Shown here piece by piece: positions 29,625 through 42,946 of a DNA stretch of 64,000 nt. Each line of letters starts with the position of its first letter. The stretch's first letter is position 1. The DNA comes from the human T2T-CHM13v2.0 reference genome, Homo sapiens: the NCBI RefSeq assembly GCF_009914755.1, contig NC_060935.1; one strand, written 5' to 3'. The notes beneath the pieces are model-generated. The model saw nothing but the letters and a program-made list of their open reading frames with translations. It did not search any database and was not told the DNA's origin. Both the position numbers and the translations under genes were made by a program.

Positions 29625-31092
29625 TCTCCATCTCTCTCCTTTCTCATGTCCCATTCCCTTATCAAGTCACTACAATTGAGCTTTCAACTCCATCCATTCC
29701 AACACAACTGCAGTTATCAAGGTCATCAATGACTCAATCTTACCAAATTGCCAAAAGTCATTTCATCTTCCCACTGTATTTCTCTCTTCTCAGTAACAAC
29801 AACAAGAAATAAACCCCAAAACATACTTGCCTCTCCACGCTTCTGTGACACCAAACTGCATTTACTTGCTTGTTAATTGTTAGGTCATTGCTACTTCTGG
29901 GTCACCTAAGCCTCTCCTTCTCTTTCTGACCTCTAAAAGAAGGGCTACCCCAGGATTCTAGCCTAGGTCTTCCAGTCTCCTGTTTGCACACTCTGTCCTA
30001 GGAGGGTCTCAAGAAATCCCATGGTTTTAAATGCCATTTGTAACCCGGTTATTTCCAAACCTATATCCTTAACCCAGTTCACTTTCCTGAACACAAAATT
30101 CATTCAAATGCACACTTGAATCCAACAGGCTTCTCATACTTCACACACACACACACACGTACACATGAATGGAATTTCATGCCATGCCATACCCCCCACA
30201 CAAACAACTTTCAACCTTGAGATGCTTCAGTCTTAGCAAACGACACTACCATCCAGCCAGCTGATTGGGCCTAAAGCCAGCAAGCATCTTGACTTTTTCT
30301 GTTTTTCCCTCTTATCTTATATTCAATCCAAAGACCATCTCAACTCTTCATTTCCTGCTATTTTCATTGCTGCCCCCACAGGTTTTGCAACTGTTTCTCA
30401 ATTGGGTTATTGCAATAGCCTTCTAACTTACTTTCCTATTTATGCTCCTTCTCCCCTGTAATCAATTCTTCAACTATCACCGAGGGGAATCTCAACACTT
30501 AAATCAGACCATTTCACTCTAATGGCTAAAGCCTTCAGGACTTACTATATACTTAGAATAAACTTCAGGCTTCTTACCATGCCTACAATGCCTTGGCTAA
30601 TCTGGTTTATACCAATTTAGGTACCCCGTTTCCTGAAGCTTTCCCATTGTCACCAGGTTTCCACCTGACTGGCCTTATTTCTCACCCCCTGAAGCAAGCA
30701 GTGCTTGCTGCCATCCTTGCCTTTTGTACCTGACCTCTTCTTGGCCGGGAATGCTCTTTCCTGGATCATGAAGTAGTTGTTTTCTTCTCACACTAGCCCT
30801 CAGTGAGCCTTCTCTGAATGCCTGTGCTGAAGTACCTCAAACGCACCATCAGCAACTTTTTGTATCACTCCTCTATTTCACAGAAGAAATCTACGTATGT
30901 ATTTTGCATTATTATGTCTTTCACTTCAATATAAATGGAGAATCAGTAAGGATGTAAATAGGGAATCTTTCTGAGGATAAGGACTTAACTCTTTTATTGC
31001 TATATCCTTGTACTTACTACAGCGTATGGTGTAGTAGATGCTTAAAAACTATTGAATGAATAAATGAACTAATGAACAAATGAATGAATGAG
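29625..31092 (+). mobile_element. L2, ~1.5 kb 3' portion
   Basis: tcaaggtcatcaatgac, cccatggttttaaatgccat, ttaaatcagaccat motifs; terminal ttgaatgaataaatgaa...tgaatgaatga. Confidence 0.88.
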
Positions 31093-31199
31093 GTTTCTTT
31101 GAACACAAGGGGAATGAGAGCTAGACTAGTAAAAATCGCTGTTTTCATTTCTATTTCTAAAAATAATATTTTTCAAGGGCTGAGACTACTTAACACTGA

Positions 31200-31400
31200 A
31201 GCATTAGACTTGGAATCAGCAGGAATAGGTTCAAATCAAACTTCATGACCTTGGGACAATTACAAACTCTTTGTGCTTCTGTTTCCTCACCTGCTAAATA
31301 AGCCTAAGAATTCTTACCATTACCATGGAGATAATGATACATTAAATTAGGTAATTGCAAAGTCTCTAACATACGACAGGTGCCCAATAAATGTCGCAGT
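31200..31400 (+). mobile_element. MIR
   Basis: tgaccttgggacaattac...ctgtttcctcacctg...aggtgcccaataaatgt. Confidence 0.8.
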
Positions 31401-31527
31401 TATAGGCTGTATGTCTAAATATCTATTTCCATATTAAAATTTTTTCAAAGGTTAAAGGTTTCATTCTCTTCCTTAGAATTTGCCTCAGAATCACACCTAT
31501 CCAAAGCATCCTTCCTTTGCCCTGTAA

Positions 31528-31835
<308 letters not shown>

Positions 31836-32574
31836 TGTAAGCCCCTGTTTTGGCCAGTCATCTTTAGGGATGAGGGGGAGCATCTGGCTTGACTGCATAT
31901 TTTAAGTGCTTGGTCTCCATGTTGATGGGGGCCACAGAAACAGATGATGGGAAAGGAATCAGTCTGTTCAAAGCCTCTGGTCCCTTCTCTCTAAGGAAAT
32001 CAGTAAGCTCACTGTCATCTGCTCTGCCACCACTGTCTAACTGGTAAGATCCTCACTTGGCAGGCAGGAGCCTGCTCTCTACTTCCAGCCACTCTGCCAC
32101 CATGCCAGATTCTTCCTAGATTGACTTTATCCCAGAGCATCATGGGGATGTAAGCTTTTGGACGATGTAGATAAAACAAAATCAGAGGCTTTATGCCTGC
32201 TGTTCCATCAACTTTCCAGGAAGGAGCTCAGCTATATGAAGTTTACCCTTCCAGTGGGCACAGTGACTTAGATGACATCAAAAAAAGAAAAAATATATAT
32301 CCCTTTTATCACATTTCTGTCCATTTATTTTAGGCTATGGAAGCAGATTGTCTTTCTCTTTTCCCACATTTTTTTTGCCTCTAGGGCTGCTATTCTATCA
32401 AAGTAAGGTGTGAGCAAATCCTCTCTATACTAAAGCCTAAAACCCATTTTTAAGTCTATCTGTGCTATGCTTTTCTAGTGTTCCAGATTTAAGTCTGCAG
32501 AATCAAAGGGCGTTTATAAAAAACCTAAGTAGCTATTTATGTCCTATTTTGTGCTGATGCCATTCACCAACCGG

Positions 32575-33944
32575 TTGATGGTGGTGGTGGTGATGACGTA
32601 ATGATGCTGGTGGTGATGGTGATGGCCGGGGTGACGATGATGCTGGTGGTTGTGGTGATTGGGTGGTGATAATTGTGATGGTGATGCCGATGCCGGTGGT
32701 GATGGCAGTGGGAGTGGTGATGGTGATGGTAGTGTGGTGGTGGTGATGTTGATAGTGCTAGTGGTGATGATGGTGGTGATGGTGATGGTAGTGATGATAG
32801 TGATGATGCTGGTGGTGGTGATGATGGTGATGGTGATGATGCTGTTGGTGGTGGTGATGGTGGTAGTGCTAGTGATGGTGGTGACAGTGATGGTCACGGT
32901 GATGGTAGTGGGTCTAGTGGTGGTGGTAGTGATGATGGTGGTGGTGATGATGCTGGTGGTGATGGTGGTGATAATGTTGATAGTGGTGGTGGTGGTGGTG
33001 GTGATAGTGATGATGGTGCTGGTGGTGGTGACATGTTGGTGGTGGTAGTGATGATGGCAGTGGTGACGGTGATGCTGGTGGTGATGGTGGTGATAATGTT
33101 GATGGTGGTGGTGATGATGCTGGTGCTGGTGGTGATGGTGGTAATAATGGTGATAGTGGTGGTGGTAGTAGTGGTGATAGTGATGATGATGCTGGTGGTG
33201 GTGACATGTTGGTGGTGGTAGTGATGATGGCGGTGGTGATGGTGATGCTGGTGGTGATGGTGGTGATGATGCTGGTGCTGGTGGTGATGGTGGTGATAAT
33301 GGTGATAGTGGTGGTGGTAGTGGTGGTGATAGTGATGATGGTGCTGGTGATGGTGGTGGTGGTAGTGGTAGTGATGATGGCGGTGGTGATGGTGATGCTG
33401 GTGGTGATGGTGATAATGTTGATAGTGGTGGTGGTGGTGGTGATGATGCTGGTGCTGGTGGTGATGGTGGTGATCATGGTGATAGTGGTGGTGGTAGTGG
33501 TGGTGATAGTGATGATGGTGGTGGTGATGGTGGTGGTGGTAGTGGTGATGATGGTGGTGGTGATGGTGATGCTGGTGGTGATGGTGGTGGTAATGTTGAT
33601 AGTGGTGGTGATGGTGATGATGCTGGTGCTGGTGGTGATGGTGGTGATGATGGTGATAGTGGGGGTGGTAGTGGTGGTGATAGTGATGATGGTGGTGGTG
33701 GTGGTGGTGGTGGTAGTGGTGGTGATGATGGTGGTGGTGATGGTGATGCTGGTGGTGATGGTGGTGGTAATGTTGATAGTGGTGGTGGTGGTGGTGATGA
33801 TGCTGGTGCTGGTGGTGATGGTGGTGATAATGGTGATAGTGGTGGTGGTAGTGGTGGTGATAGTGATGGTGGTGCTGGTGGTGGTGACGTGTTGGTAGTG
33901 GTGGTGGTGGTGATGATGGTGGTGGTAGTGATGGTGATGATGAT
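32575..33944. repeat. ~1.4 kb complex (GTG/ATG)n triplet repeat with higher-order structure
   Basis: Continuous GTG/ATG/CTG/ATA/GTA triplets; marker aatgttgat at 33415, 33592 and 33769. Confidence 0.97.
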
Positions 33945-33964
33945 TAAAGGAAGAAGAAAAATAC

Positions 33965-34130
33965 GAATCAATGCATACTGAATGCTTACTATAAAATGTT
34001 ATCTTTACAACAACCCTATAAAGGAGATATTATCCCCATTATACAGATTCAATACAGAGGCAGAGAGAAATTCTGTAACTTGCTTAACTAGCAGGTGGTA
34101 ATATTTCAATCCAAGTGGTCTAAAGCCAGA
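33965..34130 (-). mobile_element. MIR
   Basis: actgaatgcttactat...ctttacaacaaccctata...tattatccccattatacagat. Confidence 0.75.
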
Positions 34131-36799
34131 ATTTTGTTAACCAACAGATTATTTTAACTTTGGTCCACTTTTATAAGTACCTCTACTTTCGCATTTAGTA
34201 ACTGGAAGTAATAACAGCTGTCATCTCTCATTTGCAGTATTTTCTGTGTACTCAATATTTTGAGTGTTATGAGAGAAAGATGCTTAGTAAATACTGAAAA
34301 GTTATTTGATTTCAACATATTCTTTTAAATCCAGGATCAGTTGTTGCAAAGTAACACAGCATGCATATTTACAGAAGGAAAGGTATTCAGTTCAAGAAAT
34401 TGGCTTTTCAAATGCCTTAGCAATAAAAATGACATTACATGCCTACAGAATGTGAAATTGTAGAAAGATAAGTTCTCCTCAAATAAGTTGTAAAAAGTAC
34501 ATAAACTTTTAGGCATCTGTAAAGAAAACTGAAAACAATCCCAACTGAGGTTAGAGAGGACAAGGATGGAATAAAAAGAAAATGACTAGCTACTAGGTGC
34601 ACAAACGTCTTACTAATCTCTTGATTCCATTTACCTACAAGAAAAAGGTCATAAGGTTTAGTCTGCCTAACAAAGGTAATATGTGTTTAATACAAGGTTA
34701 AGGGCTTTCAGTTAACTGACTAAGAGGAGAGTTCTACAAATTTGAAGTCGATGCCAATGACTTTTCAAATTAAATGTAATAGCAGCTGCCCACATGGAAT
34801 AGATTTGGAAGCCTCAGTCCATTTTCTAATTGACTGAACAAAACGAGGTCTCTGTTGCAGCTCATCCTCCTAGCACTTCCTGTTTCTCAGTTCCAAGGTA
34901 ACTGTTAATGGAATTAACCAATTTTCACAACATGTCCTGAGTCATAATACAAGTCTATAAGGCAGAAAGCTGAGAGCACTGGGTTGAGAATCAAAGATCC
35001 AGGATTGTTAATTTAAGTCATCCATGAACTAAATCTGTGACCACAAATGAGAGTTACAGAAAAAGAGATTTGGAAAAAAACTTCTAGGTCATTCAGAGCA
35101 AAACTAGCACTTAACAGATACAGGGCTGTGATCCTGGGGAAGTATTCAGCCTAAGAACTCCTACTATGTCGGTGGCACAGCTGGGCCCTGAAGGTGGGTT
35201 CTCTTCTCCCAACCCTCAGCCCAGTGCCCTTCCTACTGCACTGCATGATTTCAGTCATCGCTTCAGCTCTAGGAGTCCAAGAAATAATTCCAGTGGTTCA
35301 ATCTGCCATCCTAAAACCAAGATGGTAGCTGATATAGGGGTCTTAAGTAGGTACCTCTCAGTCATTTAAAATAGATTTCAGTCAAATCCAGAATAGGTCC
35401 CTAAAGGTTATAGAACTATGCAGTTGCAGCGAGCAAGGTCTGCAGTTCACAGGGTCTCTGTCTGTGCAGAGGGAACCATGTTCCTAACAGCCATGCTAAT
35501 CAGCTCCTTTTTCTGGTAGCATTAGAAGGACAGAGGGATTTAAATAGAGTGGGCATTCAGAATAACCTAGGTGATTTTTCCAGCAAGTAGAGAAAAATCT
35601 CTAAAGGCTTCAAGACATTGGTGAGAGGACAGGTTGAATTGTAGAACCAGGCAAAAAATAAGTAATTAAGAATGACAGAAAATGATTTCCAGTAAGCTGG
35701 AATCTCTCTTCCCAATGCTATCTTAAAAATATTTTATAGCATGATTCTTTAGGCAGCTATCTCTCTCTCTCTCACCACCACTAAATTTACATTATTAAAA
35801 AATATAATCAGAGGGCTTTAAAGTGCCCAGGTTGGAACATAGAACTAACATCCGATTATAGGTGAAGGATGTTTTCTATTTTGTGATTATGTTCCGCAGT
35901 TTATGCTCTGAGCTGCTGAGATTCTGAATCTAACAAATAGTTTTGTTGCAACAAGTTTCTATTGCACATTTAAATAGAAGAAATGAGCTGGAGTTCCTTT
36001 TCACTATTGCCTCTCCACAATCGGGGTTAGACCTGCCTCTCTAGTTCTCTGACCGTGTGAGAAAGTAGGAGCCAGAGGGTTGTCAGGCGCCTTGTCACCA
36101 TGTGGACAGAGGATCCCATCAGCTCTTCCTCTCCCTCTTTGCTTTTCCCTTGTTTAACTTGAGCCAATTAAGCCCTGTACTATCATTAATTGTTGAACTG
36201 GCACTTTTAGACTTGAGAAAACCCATCTAGCAATCACCTATAAATTAGCCTTCAGCCCCTCTAAATAGCTTTAATTAAAGTCATGGCTGGCATGGAACCT
36301 GTCCAGGTTTTGTTTGTGGTTACAAATTCACGGTGTCACAGGTGTGGCAGGAACAGGACATATATTAATTCTGGAACCTCAGAGTCTCATCCAGGTCAAG
36401 TTCAGATTTTTTAAAAGCGCGTGTCCATGCAAACCATTCACTGGACAGGCTTAGCTGACAGTTTATCTCCAAGGACTTTTCTGCAGAAGGAATCAAGACA
36501 AACTTCCTTGTCATCTTAGGAGCTGACTCTTTCAAAACTAGACAACTAGCTAATCCCACTCAAGACCAAGGGCACCCTATGTCCATACAGAGATGTACTG
36601 AGAAAGTAGGTTATATACTTGAATTGTCATTCAACCGTTTGCTCTAGGACACAGGTAGAAACTCATGGCCACTTCTCGCAGTGCTCCTAGAACCAGCTCA
36701 GACTGGAGACCCTAAAAAATAACTGTTATGTATTCTACACTACCCCAGGCATGGTCGTTGTTAGGAAACAACCATCTCAGGTGGATCACTTAAGAGAGT

Positions 36800-37005
36800 A
36801 TAGCCTAATAAGTAAGAGGCATGGACATACACTTTGACCAGGGTTCAAACCTGATTCTCCTTCTTAGTAGCTGCCCAACTCTGGGAAAGACACTTAACTT
36901 TATGTAGTTAATAACCCATGTCTCCCTAGGGTTGTGCTGAGAATTAACAGAATATGTGGAACGTACATGGCACTATGTTTGACATAAACATGTGGATGAT
37001 AAGCT
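36800..37005 (+). mobile_element. MIR
   Basis: gtatagcctaataagtaagag...gggttcaaacctg...agggttgtgctgagaattaa. Confidence 0.72.
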
Positions 37006-38067
37006 ACAGCTCTGTAAAAAGGGCATGTGTTGGGAAAACGTTTATCTGCAGCAGTTCTTGGCAACAGCTCACATGTGGGCTTGAAGACACTGCTGAATTT
37101 GCTACCAAATCTTCAGAGTACCATCTTATCACTCCTTTTTAATCTAGTCTTCTCAAATCTCATCTTTTTATTCTTTGACAAGAAAATCAAGAATGTCCAG
37201 TGAGGGCCCATAATTCTTCAAAAAATAATAAAAATGTGTCCACACCCTAAATTAGCTGCTGTGATGATTCTGAGGAAGAATTTTCCTCCTCCTTTTCAAA
37301 GGATAAAGATTCTGCTGTGAAGCCTACACTTCCCTGTCTTCTCTAGGATTGATCTTCTCATCAAATTTAGTGAGTGTTTAGCACCTTCTTTGTACTTCCT
37401 CCTTTCCTGCCAGGCTACTAGCACATTCAAATCCCTTCAAAACAACCATCACAATCGTAACTACATGAGAGCCTTGCCTTTATGTTCTCTCCACTCTCCA
37501 CTGTCCCCAGCCAACCTCCCGGGGAAGTCATCTGCACCCATGACTTCCCTTCCTCAGGCCTACCCCACTGCACACCATAGACACTCCAGTGCGAGGGCCC
37601 CTCCAGTCTTCCCCCAGCCTTTCCAAAGGCATTCTGATCTCAGCTAACAGCAATATCGTCTTCATAGTTGGCCCATGTGGAAACATTCTACTTTCCCTTC
37701 TTCATTCTCCAATGGGTGAATTGAATGAGTGAGCAATGAATGAACTGATGAAAATGTTTATCATTTAATCTATCTCTGTACTCCACAACATGCTGTTTTC
37801 CAGATCTCTTTATTGCACTGTCTTGTCATCACTTGTATTGTTGGTTTTGTTTCCCCTAGTGAACTATAAGTTCCAGAAGGGCAGGGATTCTATTTTGTAT
37901 TCACAGCACTTATGGTGGGCTCTGACTAGATACTTGATAACATAAATCTAACATCTCAGCAACCAAAGCATGCCATGATCTTCACCCCAACTATTGCCTT
38001 GACATAGGGCTTCATCATCATGCCTGTGCTATTGGACAAGCCAATTATTTCTTCGTCGTCATTTAGA

Positions 38068-38665
38068 TGATTCATTTATTCAACAAATATCTATTGAGCC
38101 CCCTTTTGTGGTGGGCCTTTTTCAAGGTACTGGAAAAAAATAGAGAAACTTGCTGTTTTCATGTGGCTAGCAGTGTAGTTGACAGAGGTACAAGGATGCA
38201 AATAAACTCTTTGTTCTCATGTGGCTCACAGTGTAATTGAGAGAGGTACAAATTGGGCAGTGCTAGGGCTCTGAGGATGAGACAGTGGGGTAAGCACACA
38301 CAGGCTGACGGGCAGTGCTATTTCCAAAAGATGCTCAGGAAAGCCCTGCCTGACTCGCTGGCATTTGAGCAGAGCCCTGAATGGGGGGAAGGCGTGTTCC
38401 TTCTAGAAACCTGCTGGAGGTGTTCCCCCCACCCCCGACCAGTGGAGGGAATAACAAGAACAACGGTGCTGAAGCAGGTGTCTGATGGGTTTACAGAGAC
38501 CAGCGTGGCTGGGCTGCAGGGTATGAGTATGTGTGTAGGTGGGGGGACCAGGGGTGATAGGAGATGAGGGATGATTTGGGGGAGGGGGCCTACTGATTGT
38601 GGCAAAAACTTTGTTGTTTATTCTGAATTATAGGAGAAGCCATCAGAGGAATTTGAAAAGAGAAC
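38068..38665 (-). mobile_element. L2
   Basis: Starts ttcatttattcaacaaatatctattgagc; caggaaagccctgcctga...gcatttgagcagagccctgaatg. Confidence 0.82.
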
Positions 38666-39644
38666 TTAACTTACGGTCCCCAGACACAGCTCTGATCACC
38701 TTCCTCCTATATTAAAGTGTTTGATTCGCTTGCTATTCCCTATAAAATAAACTCCAAATGCTTTTGCTTGACATATAAATTCCTCTGAGATCCAGGCTTT
38801 TGGGTTTCTCACCCCCACTTCCTCATCTTCGTTTATTCTCCAGCCGTACTCATCAATGTCTATGTCTGTGGCTGCTGAGCTGATGCAAAATATTCCCTCT
38901 GTCAGGGGTACCTTTCCATTCTTTTTTGTAATTGTTCACATTCATGAGGATGCCATATCCTAATGATGTTGTCTTGGAAGTGAAAAAGCCCTGCAGCATA
39001 TCACTGATGACTATATATGACTAGTGCTGACATCAGTGAGCGTTTATTTAGCATCTACTATGTGTCAGGTACTCCGCAGAGCAATTTTTATTAAATACTT
39101 GAAAAAGTTCTTCGAGGCAGAGTCACCAAAGTCCCCACCCTTATTTGACCGATGAGAAAACAGAGGATCAGATACATTAAATCAGTTCCCAATTTAATAC
39201 ATTAAATAAGTACACTGCTATTTATCAAAGCAGCAAAATAGATAAGCTCTTGTCCCTCAGCTGCCCATGGTGTTCTATACATTTGTATTGTGGGTGGTCG
39301 TTTATGAATGTCTCCACATTTAACTGTAAGCTCATTCATGGAATGGAGCATATTTAACTTATCTTGTTATCCTCGGTATTTAGCGTATTAGTTGCTCAAT
39401 TATTCGCCAATATAAATGAAAATCTGAGAATGATAACCAGCGGAAGATCTAAGAGGATTTATCCATTAAAAGGCTTTTATTTGCTCATTTTTATTCATTC
39501 ATTCATTTCTGTATCTGTTCCACAAAGCTATGTGAACCCAGTGTGTAAAGGTGTGTACACCTGGCACTATTGAAATGTGAAGATAAACACAATGAACACG
39601 GATCCCAAGATGCTTAAAATCCCACTAGAAACAGAGAAATGAGA

Positions 39645-39860
39645 ACTAAAGTTTATTGAACATTGACAATGTGCCAGGCACCGTGCTAGGAACTTAACAT
39701 CAATTTTCTTGTATAATTGCCCATCAGGATGGGTTATCCACATCAGGAAACTGAATATCCAGGAAGGGAAATGTATTTTTTGAAAGCACATAATTAGAAG
39801 TTAGCAGAGCAGAGATTCTATTTTATCTATGGCCAACTCCATAACCTCTTTTCTTCCTAC
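39645..39860 (-). mobile_element. MIR
   Basis: tttattgaacattgacaatgtgccaggcaccgtgctagg...caggaaactga. Confidence 0.75.
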
Positions 39861-40344
39861 TACATCACACCAGGGCCTAAGAATTCTAATTATCCCTACA
39901 TAATTCTGACATTGGAACCATGAAGTTCTCACGCGAGATTCCATGCCATTCCTTCACCTGCAAAGGATGCGAATGCAAGGGCCGACGATGCCCGCAGGGG
40001 AAGGAAGGAAGCCGGTCTCCTCTGGACTGAAGCCAGGGCAGGCTCAGACAGCTTTGGAGCCAAGAGACGGAGAGGCTCCGCTTCTGGGAGCACAGGATTT
40101 TGACAGGAATTGCGGAAAATACACAGGTAGGATGCTTTCAATAAAGGCTGATAGAGATGAAGGAAGGAAGCTGGGACGGAGGGGAGAAAGGGGAGGAGGG
40201 AAGAAGGGAGGAGGGAAGAAGGGGGAGACGGGCAACTTACGTTGCTTAATTCTGATTCATAAAATCTGTCTAAGCTGTGTGTCTTCTTTCTCGTTATTCA
40301 TTGCGTTGACCTTCCCCACGGCCACGTGGGGAATATTTAGGAAC

Positions 40345-40455
40345 ACAGATGTTGGAGTCAGACTTGCCCGGGTTCAAATATCAGCTCCAGCTCTCAGGCA
40401 GCTTGGCTAAGCAACTAAACACCTCTCCACTCCCGTTTCCTTCTCTTGGAAGTGG
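40345..40455 (+). mobile_element. MIR fragment
   Basis: ttggagtcagacttgcccgggttcaaatatcagctc. Confidence 0.7.
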
Positions 40456-40459
40456 AGGC

Positions 40460-42060
40460 CACAGTAGTCACACGCGGTAGATACTCTAAGGGCTGTGGCG
40501 AAGGGCAAATGGTTCTCTGCAGCATGTGTGACACGTGAAGTGCTCGAATGCCTGAGTCCTGGCAGTCCTACCCGCCCGGCTGCGGGGCTGCCCACGGCCT
40601 TGCGCTTCGTGCTCTGGTTGGGTGACTCCCTTCCGCACGGCTGCCCTGGGTCCCCAGCCCCAAGGGACACTTCCTATGACCCCCCGCTTGTTGTAAAGGC
40701 CGGGGCCTTCGGCCTCCCACCGCTTGACCACCAAGCCGGCGCTGTCCGTGAGATCTCCCAGGCATGCGGTCTCATCTCAGCCTGAAAGTGCGGGGAATTT
40801 CCAGATGCTGCCTGAGTGACGGTTATTCAGCAGACGAGCCCTCTGGGGTGAAGTCCCGCGTGGAGGGGGTTTCCGGGAGCGCAATGCTCGCTGGCTGCCT
40901 GGAACCAAGGGTGATGCGGCCCCCCTTCCACACAGAGCAGGAAGAAGAGGAAGGCTGGGGCCAGCCCAACGTCGGGGTCACTGTGCCAGGCACCCCCTCC
41001 AGGTCCTGGCGGTGTCGATCAGGACACCACCAATGCGTTCTTGCAGACAAAATGCACCTATGCTGTGGGAGGAAGAGCAAGCGGTTCGCCCGCCGCGCAT
41101 CAGTGCACCCGTGTCCCGGCGCGCAGACAGGTCCGGGGCACCTGCAGCTACTCCGGGGCACCTGCAGCTATTCCGGGGCACCTGCAGCTACTCCGGGGCA
41201 CCTGCAGCTATTCCGGGGCACCTGCAGCTATCCCGGGGCGCCTGCAGCTACTCCGGGGCACCGCCATTTCCCGCCCCCATAAGCGCCTAGAGAGCCACGC
41301 CGCGCCCCGCTCACCCCTGCAGGCCCGCAGCCGCTCCCAAGGGCTGGCAGTGTCGCTCACAGGTGCACTTTGTTCATGCTGTCTGCCTCCACAGTTGCCG
41401 AAGTGAGTTCTGCACTAATGAGCTCAGCATGCGGGACAGCAGCGCCGGCCCTCACTCTCCAGGGACGCATGGAGCTCTGTCAAATGACCCGACAAACCTT
41501 TGCAGCGCAGAGGCTTCTAGAGGGACAGAGCAACCACCATGCCGCCGTCCGAGGAGCTGGCAAAGGCACGCGGCACCTGCAAGCCGGAGAAAATGGTGTC
41601 CTTCCTCCTGTGCTGGACTGAGCAGGGAAGGAGGTCGGGGCTGCGGGCGTTGTCCCTGGAGCTGCACCCTGAGCTCAGCTTCTAATTACTGCTAAGTGCA
41701 TTTTCCTTCCACCAGTCACAGGTACCTTCCTGATACGTAGAGCCCATCGAATAGAAGGTGGTGTGACTTGGGATTCTAAAAAGGAGACTCGGGGTTAGAA
41801 GGGGTGCGTGGTGTCAAGAATGAACAAGAAACATGCTGGACTCAGGAAGCCGGCTGGCCGCAGTGAAATGGAGACTCTGGAGCACAGGCCGCGGGGCTGC
41901 AAGGCGCAACCTGAAGGCTTGCTCCGCTCTGGAAAGGCCCTGCTCCTCCTGGACGGTGTCTCTTCCCTTCCCGCCTCCCCTCGGAGGCTGCCTCCCCTCG
42001 GACAGGACCAGGAGCCCATCCACCACCCAGGGAGCAGTGCGGCTTTGTGCTTAGGCCTCC
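40460..42060. promoter_or_regulatory. CpG island / promoter-like region
   Basis: Visibly high GC and CpG density versus the rest of the window; YY1-like CCGCCATTT 41261-41269; GC box CCCGCCCC 41270-41277. Confidence 0.75.
41132..41262. repeat. 20-bp minisatellite (TCCGGGGCACCTGCAGCTAY) x6.5
   Basis: Units start at 41132, 41152, 41172, 41192, 41212, 41232, partial at 41252. Confidence 0.97.
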
Positions 42061-42929
42061 GGGGAAGTGAGCTGTTTCCTTGATGTCCTACAAAGAGGAT
42101 TATTCACTTGGAAAAACAGAAGCTTGTCAAGCTGCCACAATCGCCAGGGAAGATTCCATCTCTCTCTGATGGAGATAAATGGAACGGGAGACGTGGGGCT
42201 GAAGAGCGGGGGCTGGCTGAAGGGAATGAGGTGAGAAACATCTTGGGTGGAGATGATATTAGTCACACATGTTAACCCTGCCTTAGGCTGGGAATCCAGA
42301 ATTGAGAAATGAACTCCACCAAGATGGAAGGATAAGAGGAGATCCGTTCCAAACTCCCACTGGCCCCGCGGTGGGAAATCAACACTGTCCCACGTCCTAA
42401 TCCCACTACCTACCTTCTGCCCCGCTAGAGTTGTCCACAATCAAAGCCATTTCTCCTTTTAACATGGACAGAGGGTGGTGATGTCTGCAATAGCTCTGTG
42501 CCCTAAAGCTGCTCAGAAGGGAATGCAGAGAAACCAGCGTGCTCTCTTGTTTTCACATGGGACTACATTCCCATAGGGCAGCTTAGTTACTTAGGTAAGA
42601 TTCCCAGGACACTGCGCGAGGCCAGCCAGGCATGACAAGAAAGGGCAATACCCTGCCCCATGGAAGGACCGTTCAAGGGAGGGATTGGGCTGTCGAGTGG
42701 CTGGTGTGGATATCTGCACGTCATGATTTATCCAGGACTGAGGGAGGACAGCAAAGGCCCCGCGGCTACTGGAAACCCCATCATGTCGCTGAGCACTGGG
42801 CTCCACTTTGCTACTCATGGATGGAGACAGCGCTTCCTACACGTGCCGTAGGAGCTTCCTGGGCAGAACAGAACATGATCGTGGAAACGAGTCTTCGCCA
42901 AGGCAGCGCAGAGGGCCGAGGGGTGGGGC

Positions 42930-42946
42930 GCACTAGATGGCATTGT
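42930..42946 (+). promoter_or_regulatory. CTCF-like motif
   Basis: GCACTAGATGGCATTG versus core CCASYAGRKGGCRSY. Confidence 0.45.

Noticed and set aside
32544-33971. Mucin-like Thr-rich, poly-His/Pro and poly-Val/Met ORFs
   Set aside because: Translations of the (GTG/ATG)n repeat; frame breaks at gacatgtt; no flanking coding exons or domains.
41132-41262. Regularly spaced repeats as a CRISPR-like array
   Set aside because: Head-to-tail units with no unique spacers, no cas genes, and a primate genomic context.
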